Origin: Ignavibacteriales bacterium
Lineage (GTDB): Bacteria; Bacteroidota; Ignavibacteria; UBA10030; UBA6906
NCBI GenBank assembly: GCA_037441705.1
Contig: JBBIRR010000008.1
Coordinates: 23,925-87,924 of the forward strand
Direction of reading: 5' to 3'
Length of the DNA: 64,000 bases
Position 1 is the stretch's first letter, and each line of letters opens with the position of its first letter. Below are positions 29,488 through 39,366 of the stretch, in pieces. The notes beneath the pieces were generated by a model. It was not told the DNA's origin. It searched no databases and saw only the letters and a program-made list of their open reading frames with translations. Made by a program: the position numbers and the translations under genes.

Positions 29488-31034
29488 ATCGAACCGGCGA
29501 GGGAATCCCGACCTACCCCACCGTTATCCTGGGGGTTCCATTCAGCACTCTCACGAACGAAGAGACGCTGCAATGTTTTGATCGGTTGATGGACCAGCGC
29601 TCGCATCATATCATCATCACCGCGAATCTGGACTGTGTTGTGCGAGCCATGAGAAACCCGATCCTCAAGCGCATTATGTACGATGCCGCGTTGGTAACTC
29701 CGGATGGCATGCCGCTGGTGTGGTCGGGTCGCACGATGAATCCGCCGCTAACGGAGCGTGTGGCCGGTTCCGATTTCATTCCTGTGCTGTTGGAACGAGC
29801 CGCTGCGAGAGGGCGTTCGGTGTACTTTCTTGGCGGGCGTGAGGGTATTGCGCAACGCGCTGCCGAGCGATGTAAGCAGATGTACCCCGGTCTGCGCATT
29901 GCCGGCACATACTCGCCTCCCTTCGGCACCGTGTGGGAAATGGAGAATCAGGCCATTGTCGAACGCATTAACGGTGCGGCGCCCGATATTCTGCTCGTTG
30001 CGTTCGGCAATCCCAAGCAGGAATATTGGATGTCGATGAATCACCGCAAGCTTCAGGTTCCGATCTCTATCGGCGTGGGGGCGACGCTGGATTTTCTTTC
30101 GGGCGCCGTTCCTCGTGCGCCCGAATGGATGAAGCGATCCAGCACCGAATGGCTGTTTCGCCTCATGCTCGAGCCACGCCGCCTGGGCAAACGCTACGCG
30201 CAAGACATCTGGTACGGACTGGTGCCTCTCGTCCTCCAAACGGTTGCTAACGGCGTGATGCGTCTTCTCACGCCTGCCCTGCATGCCGGCGATGAAGCCC
30301 GGATGCACATCAGGGACATGAACGTCACGGCGCACGATGGCCCGCTCACGATTGTCGTCGTGCAGGGATGCCACAAGCACGACCTGGCACTGTTTGCATC
30401 AAAGCTCGGCGAATACTCCTGCGACGCGGTGATTGTCAATTTGCAGCGCTGCACACATCTCGACTCGGAGGCCCTTTCGGCGCTCGTTGCCATTGATCGT
30501 CACATGCGCCGTCGGTCGAAGCACTGTCTCGTGGTGACCGGGATGGTCTCGCGGCAGATCCTCCGTATCGCCCGTCTCCACGACCTGTTCGCAACGCATG
30601 CTTCGATGGACGCTGCCCTCGAATCGCTCCGGTTCATGGGGAAGCATCCGCTGCGGATTCGGGAGACTCGTATCGGCGACGATGTGCGGGTGATTGCGTT
30701 GCATGGCGAGCTGACCAATCTTACTGCTTCTATGCTTGATGTTCTTCGGTTCGATACAGACGGCGGGAAGCCTGTGGTGTTCGACGTGCGGGGCTTGCGT
30801 TTTCTGGATACCGGCGGGCTGCAATATCTCCTCGATCACTGGATGGAGCAGCGAGGACTGGAAGTTGTTCACTGCGTTACGACAAATCAATTTGTTGCTT
30901 CAATACTTCAAACCGATGGCCTGCGAGAACATTTTCGCGTCCACTCTTCGCCGGACGCGATAATCCGGCGTACCAATGGCAGGGCATCCTCGTCAGATTT
31001 GTACCGGCTGCCGTCGGCAGCAGATGTGCACTAA
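29484..31034 (+). CDS. WecB/TagA/CpsF (GT26) glycosyltransferase fused to two C-terminal STAS-like domains
   Basis: GTG overlapping upstream TGA; TANLD, PDGMP, ERVAGSD, FGNPKQE, GVGATLDF, RAP.W..EWLFRL..EPRRL.KRY; then VNLQRCTHLDSEAL and FDVRGLRFLDTGGL. Confidence 0.85.
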   Translation: MNRTGEGIPTYPTVILGVPFSTLTNEETLQCFDRLMDQRSHHIIITANLDCVVRAMRNPILKRIMYDAALVTPDGMPLVWSGRTMNPPLTERVAGSDFIPVLLERAAARGRSVYFLGGREGIAQRAAERCKQMYPGLRIAGTYSPPFGTVWEMENQAIVERINGAAPDILLVAFGNPKQEYWMSMNHRKLQVPISIGVGATLDFLSGAVPRAPEWMKRSSTEWLFRLMLEPRRLGKRYAQDIWYGLVPLVLQTVANGVMRLLTPALHAGDEARMHIRDMNVTAHDGPLTIVVVQGCHKHDLALFASKLGEYSCDAVIVNLQRCTHLDSEALSALVAIDRHMRRRSKHCLVVTGMVSRQILRIARLHDLFATHASMDAALESLRFMGKHPLRIRETRIGDDVRVIALHGELTNLTASMLDVLRFDTDGGKPVVFDVRGLRFLDTGGLQYLLDHWMEQRGLEVVHCVTTNQFVASILQTDGLREHFRVHSSPDAIIRRTNGRASSSDLYRLPSAADVH

Positions 31035-31054
31035 AGACCATCACCCACAGCGCT

Positions 31055-32311
31055 ATGGCACACATACGCAGAGCGGGACCCTTGACTCGAACACTTCATC
31101 GTGCGGACGGCATTCCATCGGCACGCATCGGGACCGCACGATCGTTTGTTGCGCTGTCGGACAAGCTCAATGCTGCTGCTGATGAGTACGCAGCCGTGCG
31201 CGAAGCGGTTGAAGGGGTGACTGCCATTCTCGAGGCACACGCGGGACTAATGTTTTTCCCACCTCCCGTGGATTTGCTTTATTCGCTGTATCGTCATCCG
31301 TCGGAGTCGTTCGCCCGCTTCGAGAGAATGGTGCGGGAGCGTGGCGAGCGGATGATCGAACTCCTCGGACTCGAGCCGCACAAACGAACGCATGAGGTGG
31401 ATGGTCTGCTGCTTGTTCCGTTACCGTGGGGACAGAGAACGATCGGCCTTGCCGCATTCGACCGGGACGGACGCAAGCTTCCCATGAACGTCGAGGCGAA
31501 TCTGATCGGCTTGTGCAATCACATCGCCGCCATCGTCGGATTGAAGGCGCAGCAGGTACAGGCGGGTGCCTCTTCCACGACGTCTCTGAAAACCCTGGAG
31601 GATGCCGTTGCCGTGCAGAAGAGCCTCTTGCCGGATATTCCGCCGTCGAACGTGTGCGGCCTCAGCATTGCCGTTCACACGCAAGCAGCCGAGCTTGTCG
31701 GCGGCGATTACTTTGATCTCATCTTGCTCGATCAAAAAAAGATCGGCATAGCCATTGCCGATGTCGAGGGGAAGGGTGTTTCGGCCGCCTTGTTCGGGAA
31801 TATGCTGCGTTCGACGGTGCACTTCCTTGCGCGTGAAACTCATTCCACCGCCTCGGTCGTGCGAAAGATCAACACCATTCTCCACAAGGACGCGCTTGCG
31901 TCACAGAAACTCTTCTCGCTCTTCTATGCGGTGTATGATCCATCCGTCAAGATTCTATCGTATACCGGTTCCGGTCACGTGCATCCCATGGTGCTCCGCT
32001 CGCAAGGGGGGATGGTGGAACGGCTCCACTCCGATGGCATGCTCATCGGCATCGAGCCGATGCAGCCTCTTCGCGAGCGTTCAGCACTCGTGCATGAAGG
32101 CGATCTGCTTCTCTTCTTTACCGACGGTGTAACCGATCGCATGAATGCGATGGGCGAAACATTTGGCGATCTTCGCCTGGCCGAACTTCTTCGTCGCTGC
32201 AGCGGGAAACCCGTTGAGGAGGGTATGCAATGTATCCTGCACAACCTCGAGGCGTTCACCTCACTCCCGTATGCGGACGACATGACACTTATGCTCGCGA
32301 AAGTTTTGTAG
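31055..32311 (+). CDS. PP2C/SpoIIE (RsbU-like) Ser/Thr phosphatase with GAF-like N-terminus
   Basis: VGGDYFD, IADVEGKG, GH, FTDGV, DDMT. Confidence 0.92.
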   Translation: MAHIRRAGPLTRTLHRADGIPSARIGTARSFVALSDKLNAAADEYAAVREAVEGVTAILEAHAGLMFFPPPVDLLYSLYRHPSESFARFERMVRERGERMIELLGLEPHKRTHEVDGLLLVPLPWGQRTIGLAAFDRDGRKLPMNVEANLIGLCNHIAAIVGLKAQQVQAGASSTTSLKTLEDAVAVQKSLLPDIPPSNVCGLSIAVHTQAAELVGGDYFDLILLDQKKIGIAIADVEGKGVSAALFGNMLRSTVHFLARETHSTASVVRKINTILHKDALASQKLFSLFYAVYDPSVKILSYTGSGHVHPMVLRSQGGMVERLHSDGMLIGIEPMQPLRERSALVHEGDLLLFFTDGVTDRMNAMGETFGDLRLAELLRRCSGKPVEEGMQCILHNLEAFTSLPYADDMTLMLAKVL

Positions 32312-32321
32312 AGGGGAGAGG

Positions 32322-32669
32322 ATGACGATTCAAGAACTCACGGATGTGGGAATAATCCTGATCGAGCCGGGCAGTCGGCTGACGCTGGCGAACGCTCAGG
32401 AGTTGCTGCGCGCCGTCCAGGCTCTCCCGCGCGGAGTCGCACCGGTGATCGTGGTGAATATGGAGCGCGTCGGCGTTGTCGATAGCGCCGGCATCGGCTC
32501 GATGGTCAAAGCCCAGAAGCACGTCCAGGCCGTTGGCGGGACACTCTGCCTCGCGGGTCTTCGGCCGGAGATTCACCGCATGTTTCAGATGATGAACCTC
32601 CATCGCGTGTTCGAGATGTACGAGAATGTAGAACTCGCACGCAAGCAATTCTCGACCCGCAGAGTATAG
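32322..32669 (+). CDS. STAS anti-sigma-factor antagonist (RsbV/SpoIIAA-like)
   Basis: VNMERVGVVDSAGIG phospho-Ser motif; 115 aa; GAGGGGAGAGG RBS. Confidence 0.92.
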   Translation: MTIQELTDVGIILIEPGSRLTLANAQELLRAVQALPRGVAPVIVVNMERVGVVDSAGIGSMVKAQKHVQAVGGTLCLAGLRPEIHRMFQMMNLHRVFEMYENVELARKQFSTRRV

Positions 32670-32672
32670 GCT

Positions 32673-34364
32673 ATGCACACTACCGCCAAGGGAATCATTT
32701 TGCCATCAACGAATGCGGATGCGTTCAAGCCGCTCACCTACCAGATGCCGGTCGGGATGCTGCCCGTTGTCAACAAGCCCATCATGGAACATCAAATCGA
32801 GTTCCTTGTACGCAACGGCATCAAGAACATCCGCATCAGCTGCAATCATCTTTCCAACAAAGTCCAGGCGTATTTCGGCGACGGCGCACGGTGGGGAGCG
32901 AACACAACGTACAACTTCGAGCGGCCCCCTTTTGGATTCGTTGCCGCGCTGCGGCAAGTGCGTCCGTATCTTGAAGGCGAAACGTTGGTCATTCTGCTCT
33001 CGAACATCGTTGCCGATATTGACCTGCGTGAGGCTCTGGAATTCCACTGGGCCAAGCGCGCCGATGCAACCTTTCTCTACATGACCACCGAAGCTCCCCA
33101 ACCGGGCCTCTCGATCGTCGTTGATGAGAACGATCGCATCAGCGCCGTCGGTACGCAGAGCCACAATCCCCTCAAGCGGCTTCCGCTGGAGACGGGAATA
33201 TGTATCGTCGAGCCGGAGACGTTGGATCTGCTTACCGACACGCTGGGTCATAATCTCCTGCAGGCCTGCTGGCTGGCAAGCCAGACCGTCCGGCTGCATC
33301 TGTTCGGCTATCCTGTGGAGGGGCCGCTGACGCGCATAACGGGTTGGGATTCGTACACGCAAGTCCAGAAGGACATTCTCCTCGGCAAATATCCCGGCGT
33401 CGTCATTCCCGGCATCGAACTGCAGCCCGGCGTATGGGTGGGAAAGAACATCAGCGCGTCAAGTGCCGTTTCGTTCGAGGCGCCGCTGCTCATCGGTGAC
33501 AATTGCCGCATCGGGAAAGGGGTGAGTCTGGGAAAGGAAACGATTATCGGGCACGACGTGATAATGGATGTCGGGGCGAGTTTACAGAACGCCATCATTC
33601 TGTCCGACACGTTCGTCGGCCCGCAGACGCTCATCCGCGACGCGATCATTCAAGGCAACTTGATGATTGACCTCGCCAAGAAGTCGTTTACCGCGATCCA
33701 GGACAGACTCGCAGCCTTCGAAATTCCTCACACCAAGCCGGGCTACAAGTTTTACATTCTCCTGAACCGATGGGTGGCGCTCCTTCTGTGTGTGGGGCTT
33801 TCGCCCTTCTTGCTCGTGTTGTTCGTGCTCCTGATCCTGGGCTTGAAATTTCCGCTGATCACGCGTGTCCGTAGACTTGCGCCGGACTTGCGAGAGCTTG
33901 CGGCTGGGAAACTCCGTCTGCGGGTGTTCGATTTGATCTACATCGGTCCTGCCGACCTGACCAAACGCGCCGTGGGCCATAACCCCGACCCGTTTACAAC
34001 GCTGCCGCACGTGATTGCCCGGCTCGGAAATCTCTTCAACGTGGTCAACGGCGATATCATGCTGGTGGGCAATAGACCGTCGGATCCGGAAGTGGCATTC
34101 GCGATTACCGAAGAGTATCGCCGCACGCGCCTGAAAAGTCAGGCCGGCGTCATCAGCATTCTGGATACCAACGAAGTAGATGACAGCACCGAAGAGGAAC
34201 AGATCATCTCCGAAGGGTACTACGCGGTCAATCGGAATTTCTGGATGGACATGAGCATCCTCATCCGCGGGCTGTGGAGATTGTTCTGGCGCCTGGTAGG
34301 GTTGAAGAAAGTTGTGCGCGAGTACAAGCCGATTCCTCCGGAAGAATCTCCTTCGTTCGACTGA
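32673..34364 (+). CDS. Degenerate NDP-sugar pyrophosphorylase (GMPP-like) + left-handed beta-helix + degenerate Bac_transf fusion
   Basis: PLT..P..MLPVVNKP, YFGDG..WG, hexapeptide repeats, a TM, then NVVNGDIMLVGNRP and YYAVNRNFWMD. Confidence 0.78.
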   Translation: MHTTAKGIILPSTNADAFKPLTYQMPVGMLPVVNKPIMEHQIEFLVRNGIKNIRISCNHLSNKVQAYFGDGARWGANTTYNFERPPFGFVAALRQVRPYLEGETLVILLSNIVADIDLREALEFHWAKRADATFLYMTTEAPQPGLSIVVDENDRISAVGTQSHNPLKRLPLETGICIVEPETLDLLTDTLGHNLLQACWLASQTVRLHLFGYPVEGPLTRITGWDSYTQVQKDILLGKYPGVVIPGIELQPGVWVGKNISASSAVSFEAPLLIGDNCRIGKGVSLGKETIIGHDVIMDVGASLQNAIILSDTFVGPQTLIRDAIIQGNLMIDLAKKSFTAIQDRLAAFEIPHTKPGYKFYILLNRWVALLLCVGLSPFLLVLFVLLILGLKFPLITRVRRLAPDLRELAAGKLRLRVFDLIYIGPADLTKRAVGHNPDPFTTLPHVIARLGNLFNVVNGDIMLVGNRPSDPEVAFAITEEYRRTRLKSQAGVISILDTNEVDDSTEEEQIISEGYYAVNRNFWMDMSILIRGLWRLFWRLVGLKKVVREYKPIPPEESPSFD

Positions 34365-34372
34365 TTCTCCGC

Positions 34373-36562
34373 CTATTTCCTTCCTTTCGCGTACGCCTGT
34401 GCCGCGGCAAGCACATACACCAACTGCGCGCTCTGGTTCACCGCTACTTCATTAGTCGACCAGCTATCGTTGTCCGTGTAGCGCTGGTCGATCGGCGTAT
34501 CGGGTGGTTTGTTGTAGCCGCTGCCGAACAGGCCGAGATTGCGTTCGTTGGGATCAGGATTCTCGTTCGGTCCGCCGGGCAGGATGCCCGGAAAATTGTG
34601 CGGCGTTGCATCGAGTGCCTTCAGCCAGTGATGGAAGGCATTCTTCATGCTGTTGACGCCGAAGCCGCTGAAGTACACAAAGCTCAACGAGTTCTGTCCG
34701 AACGTGTAATGCAGTTGTTGTTGAGCGGTGAACAGGGAGTTGTAATTCTTGTTCAGCCGCCAGTCCAGAATGTTGTAGTTCCCAACACGCGCGAAGCTGG
34801 TTCCGAGCGATCCCCAATAGTAGTAACCGACAAATCCGAACGGATGCGCATCGCGATCGCGGTTGGCTTCCTCAGCACGGCTGATCAGCAAGTTGCGGAT
34901 CTCCGCCTGTTTGGTAGGATCGGCTCCGGGCGTGCGGAGGTAGAGGAGGTACGCGAGATTCGTTTGGTTGTTGAAATCTGAAATCCAGTTGCTTCCCGGA
35001 TCTTTCGTGAGGAAGAAGGTATGATACTTTTGTTCGCCGGTGGCAAGGAACAGCGCCGCGGACGCAAAGAACCGAGCGTGAATGTCGTCGGCGTCCTGAT
35101 ACCCGTCGCAATTCTCCGTAATGCTGATTTGGTCGGGATGGGCTTCGAGCCAGCTCCATCCGCGCAGCGCGGCTCGCTTCATGCGCGCGGCATACGCCGG
35201 ATCGAACTCGGTATAAATCGTTGAAGCGTACGCAAGCATTGCCGAGGCCGCCGCGGTTGCCGCCGTGGTCTTGTTCGTCAACTCGTAGCCGGTAATCGTC
35301 AGAGGCGTCGTTCGGCCGTAAGAGTAGGGGGAGTTCTTCAGGACGCACATGTTGTGGAAGAAACCGCCGTCGGTCGTGTCCTGCATGTCAAGAATCCAAT
35401 CGAGACCCCAACGCAGCTCGTCGATCAGGTCGGGCACGCCGTTGCCCGATTCGGGAATGTTGAGACTGTCGGAGCTGAAACGGAAATCCTGCCACGCCAG
35501 CGCAAGCCAGAAGCACGCATAGGTGTGATTCGGCATGTAGATGGCGAGGTCGCCGGCGTCATGCCAGCCTTTACGGACGTAGTGCGTTCCTCCCATGGAA
35601 CGGGGTTTCAAGACTAACTCCTTTTCGTCCTTTGCGTGCACCCAGGGACCTTCTGCATAGGGCATCTCGATGGCGGTGTTGTTCCGCTGGTAGTAGAAGA
35701 AGCGTATCGCCGCGCGCAGCGTCGCATCGTACACATTGGGACCGATCTCGAACGGATATGACGTTGTTCCGTTGTCGAGTTTGATGACATAGCGGCCCGG
35801 CGTCTCGAACTTCGTAAAGTTGCCGACGTACACCACAACATCTCCCACCGCGCGATGCATCACCTTGCGCTTGTCGGTGCCCGTGTACATCACTTTGTTG
35901 TCGCTGACGCGAACGATCTGATATGATTGATATTCTTCTGCCGAGAACGTTTTGTACCCGTACGTGTCGTAGCCGATCTGATCGGCGTAGATGCCTTTGA
36001 TGGAGGGAGGCTCTCCCTTTCCGGCATACAGTCGCACGTGAGAGATTCTGATATCATCGAGGTGGACGGTGGCGCTGCTGACGCCGCTGAAGATGAACTT
36101 TACGTCATTCAACGGTCTGCTGACAACGGCGGCGGGAAGGAGAACGTCGTACTGTTTCCATTGGTTCGCCTCGCCAACGTCGCGCATGGGAATAACGTCG
36201 TATTGCCCTTCCATCAACCCCAACTGCACGCTGAATCGGATTTTGTCGCTGCTCGGCCGAATCCAGAAACTGAGGTAGGAATTCTCATGCACCCAGAACA
36301 CCGTCGTGTCTTTGTCCCAACCGCCCCACAGAAGGTGCATGCCGCTGACGTTGCTGATGTCCCAGCGCCAGCTTGCCTTCCCGTTTTTGAAGACGTTCTT
36401 ATCAATCGAAGCGTTTCCTCCCCACATCTGCGTGACGATGCCTTTTGCGACATCATCCTGAAAGAACACCAGGTTCGTCGGGTACAGGCCGCCTGACGGC
36501 TCCTTGTACTGTGCTGCGGCGTGCAGATACACGAAGGCGAACAAGATGAATCCGGGGCGCAT
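34373..36562 (-). CDS. Second secreted GH9 with N-terminal CBM-like beta-sandwich; no T9SS tail
   Basis: Signal peptide; GWHDAGD, PESGNGVPDLIDELRW, FHHWLKAL, DNDSWSTNEVAVN; clearly paralogous to 12564..14657. Confidence 0.88.
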   Translation of the reverse strand: MRPGFILFAFVYLHAAAQYKEPSGGLYPTNLVFFQDDVAKGIVTQMWGGNASIDKNVFKNGKASWRWDISNVSGMHLLWGGWDKDTTVFWVHENSYLSFWIRPSSDKIRFSVQLGLMEGQYDVIPMRDVGEANQWKQYDVLLPAAVVSRPLNDVKFIFSGVSSATVHLDDIRISHVRLYAGKGEPPSIKGIYADQIGYDTYGYKTFSAEEYQSYQIVRVSDNKVMYTGTDKRKVMHRAVGDVVVYVGNFTKFETPGRYVIKLDNGTTSYPFEIGPNVYDATLRAAIRFFYYQRNNTAIEMPYAEGPWVHAKDEKELVLKPRSMGGTHYVRKGWHDAGDLAIYMPNHTYACFWLALAWQDFRFSSDSLNIPESGNGVPDLIDELRWGLDWILDMQDTTDGGFFHNMCVLKNSPYSYGRTTPLTITGYELTNKTTAATAAASAMLAYASTIYTEFDPAYAARMKRAALRGWSWLEAHPDQISITENCDGYQDADDIHARFFASAALFLATGEQKYHTFFLTKDPGSNWISDFNNQTNLAYLLYLRTPGADPTKQAEIRNLLISRAEEANRDRDAHPFGFVGYYYWGSLGTSFARVGNYNILDWRLNKNYNSLFTAQQQLHYTFGQNSLSFVYFSGFGVNSMKNAFHHWLKALDATPHNFPGILPGGPNENPDPNERNLGLFGSGYNKPPDTPIDQRYTDNDSWSTNEVAVNQSAQLVYVLAAAQAYAKGRK

Positions 36563-36592
36563 AACTCTCCTTCTCTTCGTTGTTGGGACAGC

Positions 36593-37564
36593 TTAGTTTG
36601 ACGTGAGACTGATTGCGCTTCGCGCGAGGGGGCGGGTGAGATGATCCTCGAACCCAATACCTTCACTGATGATGTAGAGCGGCCGTTGTTTGACTTCGTC
36701 GTAAATTCTGCCGATGTACTCTCCGATGACTCCCAGCGTCATCAGAATCAGCCCGCCAAGGAATGTGATGGTACAAATGGTGGATGCCCATCCCAGGATA
36801 GCCTTGTTGGTGAAGAGCTTCTCATACACAACGAAAAGCCCACCCCCGAACGCCACGAGAGCCGAAAGGAAACCGACGTAGGAGGCGACGCGCAGCGGAA
36901 CATTCGAAAAAGAAAAGATGCCGTCGAGCGCTAACTGCAACAGTCGGCCGAAGGACATCTGCGGCTCGCCCGCAAACCGCGGGTCGCGATCGTACTCGAT
37001 TCCAATCTGACGGAATCCGACCCACGCGCGCAGACCGCTGATGTAGCGGTGTCGCTCCGGAATCTGCCGCAGCACTTCGACCACCTTCCTGTCCATGAGG
37101 GAGAAGTTTCCCGCATCCATCGGGATTTGAATGGAGGAGAGTGCGTGGAGGACACGATAGAACGTCTTGAACGCGAAACGTTTCAGGCGGTTCTCTTTCC
37201 GGCTGGTCTTGACCGTGTAAACGACCTGGTACCCTTCCTTCCATTTGTCGATCATCTTGGGAAGAAGTTCTGGCGGGTCCTGAAGGTCTCCATCCATCAG
37301 AATCACGGCCTCGCCGCGCGCAAAATCCAGCCCTGCGGAGATCGCCACCTGATGGCCGAAGTTGCGCGAGAGGCGCAGCACCTTGAAGCGCGCATCGGCC
37401 GCGTGAATCTGTCTGAGCAGCTCGAACGAATTGTCCTTGCTCCCATCGTCAATGAGGATCACTTCGAACGTCTCACCGAGCGGATGGAGCGCGCTCACCA
37501 GTCGCTCCTGCAATACCGGGAGCGTCTGCTCTTCATTATAGATAGGAATGATAATGGAGTACAT
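36593..37564 (-). CDS. Polyprenol-phosphate glycosyltransferase (GtrB/ArnC-like GT2)
   Basis: IPIYNEE, DDGSKD, SRNFGHQ, DGDLQDPPE, GEYIGRIY.EVK.RPLY. Confidence 0.92.
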   Translation of the reverse strand: MYSIIIPIYNEEQTLPVLQERLVSALHPLGETFEVILIDDGSKDNSFELLRQIHAADARFKVLRLSRNFGHQVAISAGLDFARGEAVILMDGDLQDPPELLPKMIDKWKEGYQVVYTVKTSRKENRLKRFAFKTFYRVLHALSSIQIPMDAGNFSLMDRKVVEVLRQIPERHRYISGLRAWVGFRQIGIEYDRDPRFAGEPQMSFGRLLQLALDGIFSFSNVPLRVASYVGFLSALVAFGGGLFVVYEKLFTNKAILGWASTICTITFLGGLILMTLGVIGEYIGRIYDEVKQRPLYIISEGIGFEDHLTRPLARSAISLTSN

Positions 37565-37751
37565 GCGCGGGTCGCCTTGTTCCGAACGCCGATTCAGTAT
37601 AACCGATTAGCTCTAAAGATGCAATGCGTGGGCACCGTGATAGAGCGCAGCCTTCGGGGCGCGCGTATTGCAGTCCTGTGCGGAGTTGTGTATATTGCTT
37701 CGCAGTTTTCACTCCCCTGAAAGCATCAATCCACGATTTACTGGGGTTTCC

Positions 37752-38915
37752 ATGACGAAAGTCATGATCATCGATGACGACGACGCCATCTGCGCCATCT
37801 TGAAAGATGTGCTGGAGATCGAGGGCTACGACGTCAGCTATTCGCTCAGCGGCGAGGAGGGCATCAAGAAGTACATGGAGGAGTTGCCTTCCGTCCTGCT
37901 GCTCGACCTTCGCCTGCCGGGCATGGACGGGCTGCAGGTGCTCAAAGAAGTCATCTCGTTCGATCCGGATGCCATTGTTATCATGATTACCGGTTATGGC
38001 TCGGTGGACTCGGCCGTGCATGCCATTCGCATGGGTGCCACCGACTATCTTCAGAAGCCCCTCAGCAACGACGAGATCACCTACAAAATCGAGACGGCGC
38101 TGCGGAACCGAACCCTGCAGAAAGAGCTGAACTATCTCAAAGAGTACATCAACAAGCGCTTCACGATGAACAACATCATCCGCGAGAGCGAAGCTATGAC
38201 CGCCGCGGTTGATATGCTCCAAAAAATCGCTGCCTACGATAAGCCCTTGTTGATTGCCGGGGAACCCGGAACCGGCAAAGACCTCGCGGCATGGGCCGTC
38301 CATCACAGCGGTCGAAGAAAAGAGAAACCGATGGTTGTGTTCGACTGCGCCGCCTATCCCCCCAACATCATGGAAACCGAGCTGTTCGGGGATGGCAAGC
38401 CGACGGCCCCGCGCAAGGTCGGCAAGATCGAAGAGGCTAATATGGGTACCCTGTATCTCGATCGAATCGATTGGCTTGCATTGCCGGCGCAGGGGATCAT
38501 TCTCAATATCTTGCAGACCAAAACGTTCAAGCCGCGATACGGCGGCGCGCCCATTCCGTGCGACATCCATTTGATCGCGTCAACAACATCCGACCTGAAG
38601 ACACTCAGCCGTCAAGGAAAGTTCAACGCGCAGTTATATGAGTTGATACGTCAGTATGAGGTGGTGCTGCCGCCGTTGCGCGAACGCGAGAACGACATCC
38701 CCTTGCTGGCGATGCACTTTGTGGAAGAGGCGAACAGAGAGTTTAACCTTGCCATCAGCGGGTTCGAGCCGGGAGCGATGCGTAAACTCCTCAACCACTC
38801 GTGGCCCGGTAATGTGCGCGAGCTGCGCAACGTTGTCCGCTCAGCGATCACGCAAGCTCAAGGGACCATCAAAGAGAAGGATATCGTCATCCATCGGCAA
38901 GGGATTGTGAACTGA
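37752..38915 (+). CDS. NtrC-like response regulator (REC + AAA+) with degenerate sigma54-contact motif and no HTH
   Basis: REC IIDDD/LLDLRLP/KP; GEPGTGKD; LPPLRER; WPGNVREL; GAFTGA position reads GKPTAP; Walker B reads LYLDRI. Confidence 0.85.
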   Translation: MTKVMIIDDDDAICAILKDVLEIEGYDVSYSLSGEEGIKKYMEELPSVLLLDLRLPGMDGLQVLKEVISFDPDAIVIMITGYGSVDSAVHAIRMGATDYLQKPLSNDEITYKIETALRNRTLQKELNYLKEYINKRFTMNNIIRESEAMTAAVDMLQKIAAYDKPLLIAGEPGTGKDLAAWAVHHSGRRKEKPMVVFDCAAYPPNIMETELFGDGKPTAPRKVGKIEEANMGTLYLDRIDWLALPAQGIILNILQTKTFKPRYGGAPIPCDIHLIASTTSDLKTLSRQGKFNAQLYELIRQYEVVLPPLRERENDIPLLAMHFVEEANREFNLAISGFEPGAMRKLLNHSWPGNVRELRNVVRSAITQAQGTIKEKDIVIHRQGIVN

Positions 38916-38936
38916 GGGGATTTCTGCCCCGAAGCG

Positions 38937-39344
38937 TTACTTCTGCTTCACCACCGGATAGCCTTTCTCATTCCATCGTACCATCCCACCTTCAACGTTG
39001 TACACGTCGAAGCCGTGCTTTGCCAGAATCTCCGTTGCGGTCGCGCTTCGGCGTCCCGTGCGGCAGATAGCGAGAATCCGTTTGCTCTTGAACTGTTCGA
39101 GTTCTCCGATACGTTTTTCCAGCTCCTGAATGGGAATGAGAAGTGAGTGGTTGATGTGGCCGAGGGGGCCTGTGTACTCCTCGGGCGTTCGGACATCAAC
39201 AACAATGACCGTCGAATCGCCGATGAGATGCTCCGCCTCCTCGACGGAAACGGCATGCTTGTGCGTTGTTCGTTGACCGAAGAGAATCGTTCCGGCAGCG
39301 ACGGCGAGAACGATACCAATACTCCGCAACAGTATTTTCATCAC
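38937..39344 (-). CDS. Exported single-domain rhodanese
   Basis: Signal peptide; DVRTPEEY, GHI, CRTGRRS, GGMVRW. Confidence 0.9.
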   Translation of the reverse strand: MMKILLRSIGIVLAVAAGTILFGQRTTHKHAVSVEEAEHLIGDSTVIVVDVRTPEEYTGPLGHINHSLLIPIQELEKRIGELEQFKSKRILAICRTGRRSATATEILAKHGFDVYNVEGGMVRWNEKGYPVVKQK

Positions 39345-39366
39345 GATTCCTCTATCTCAGTCCTGA

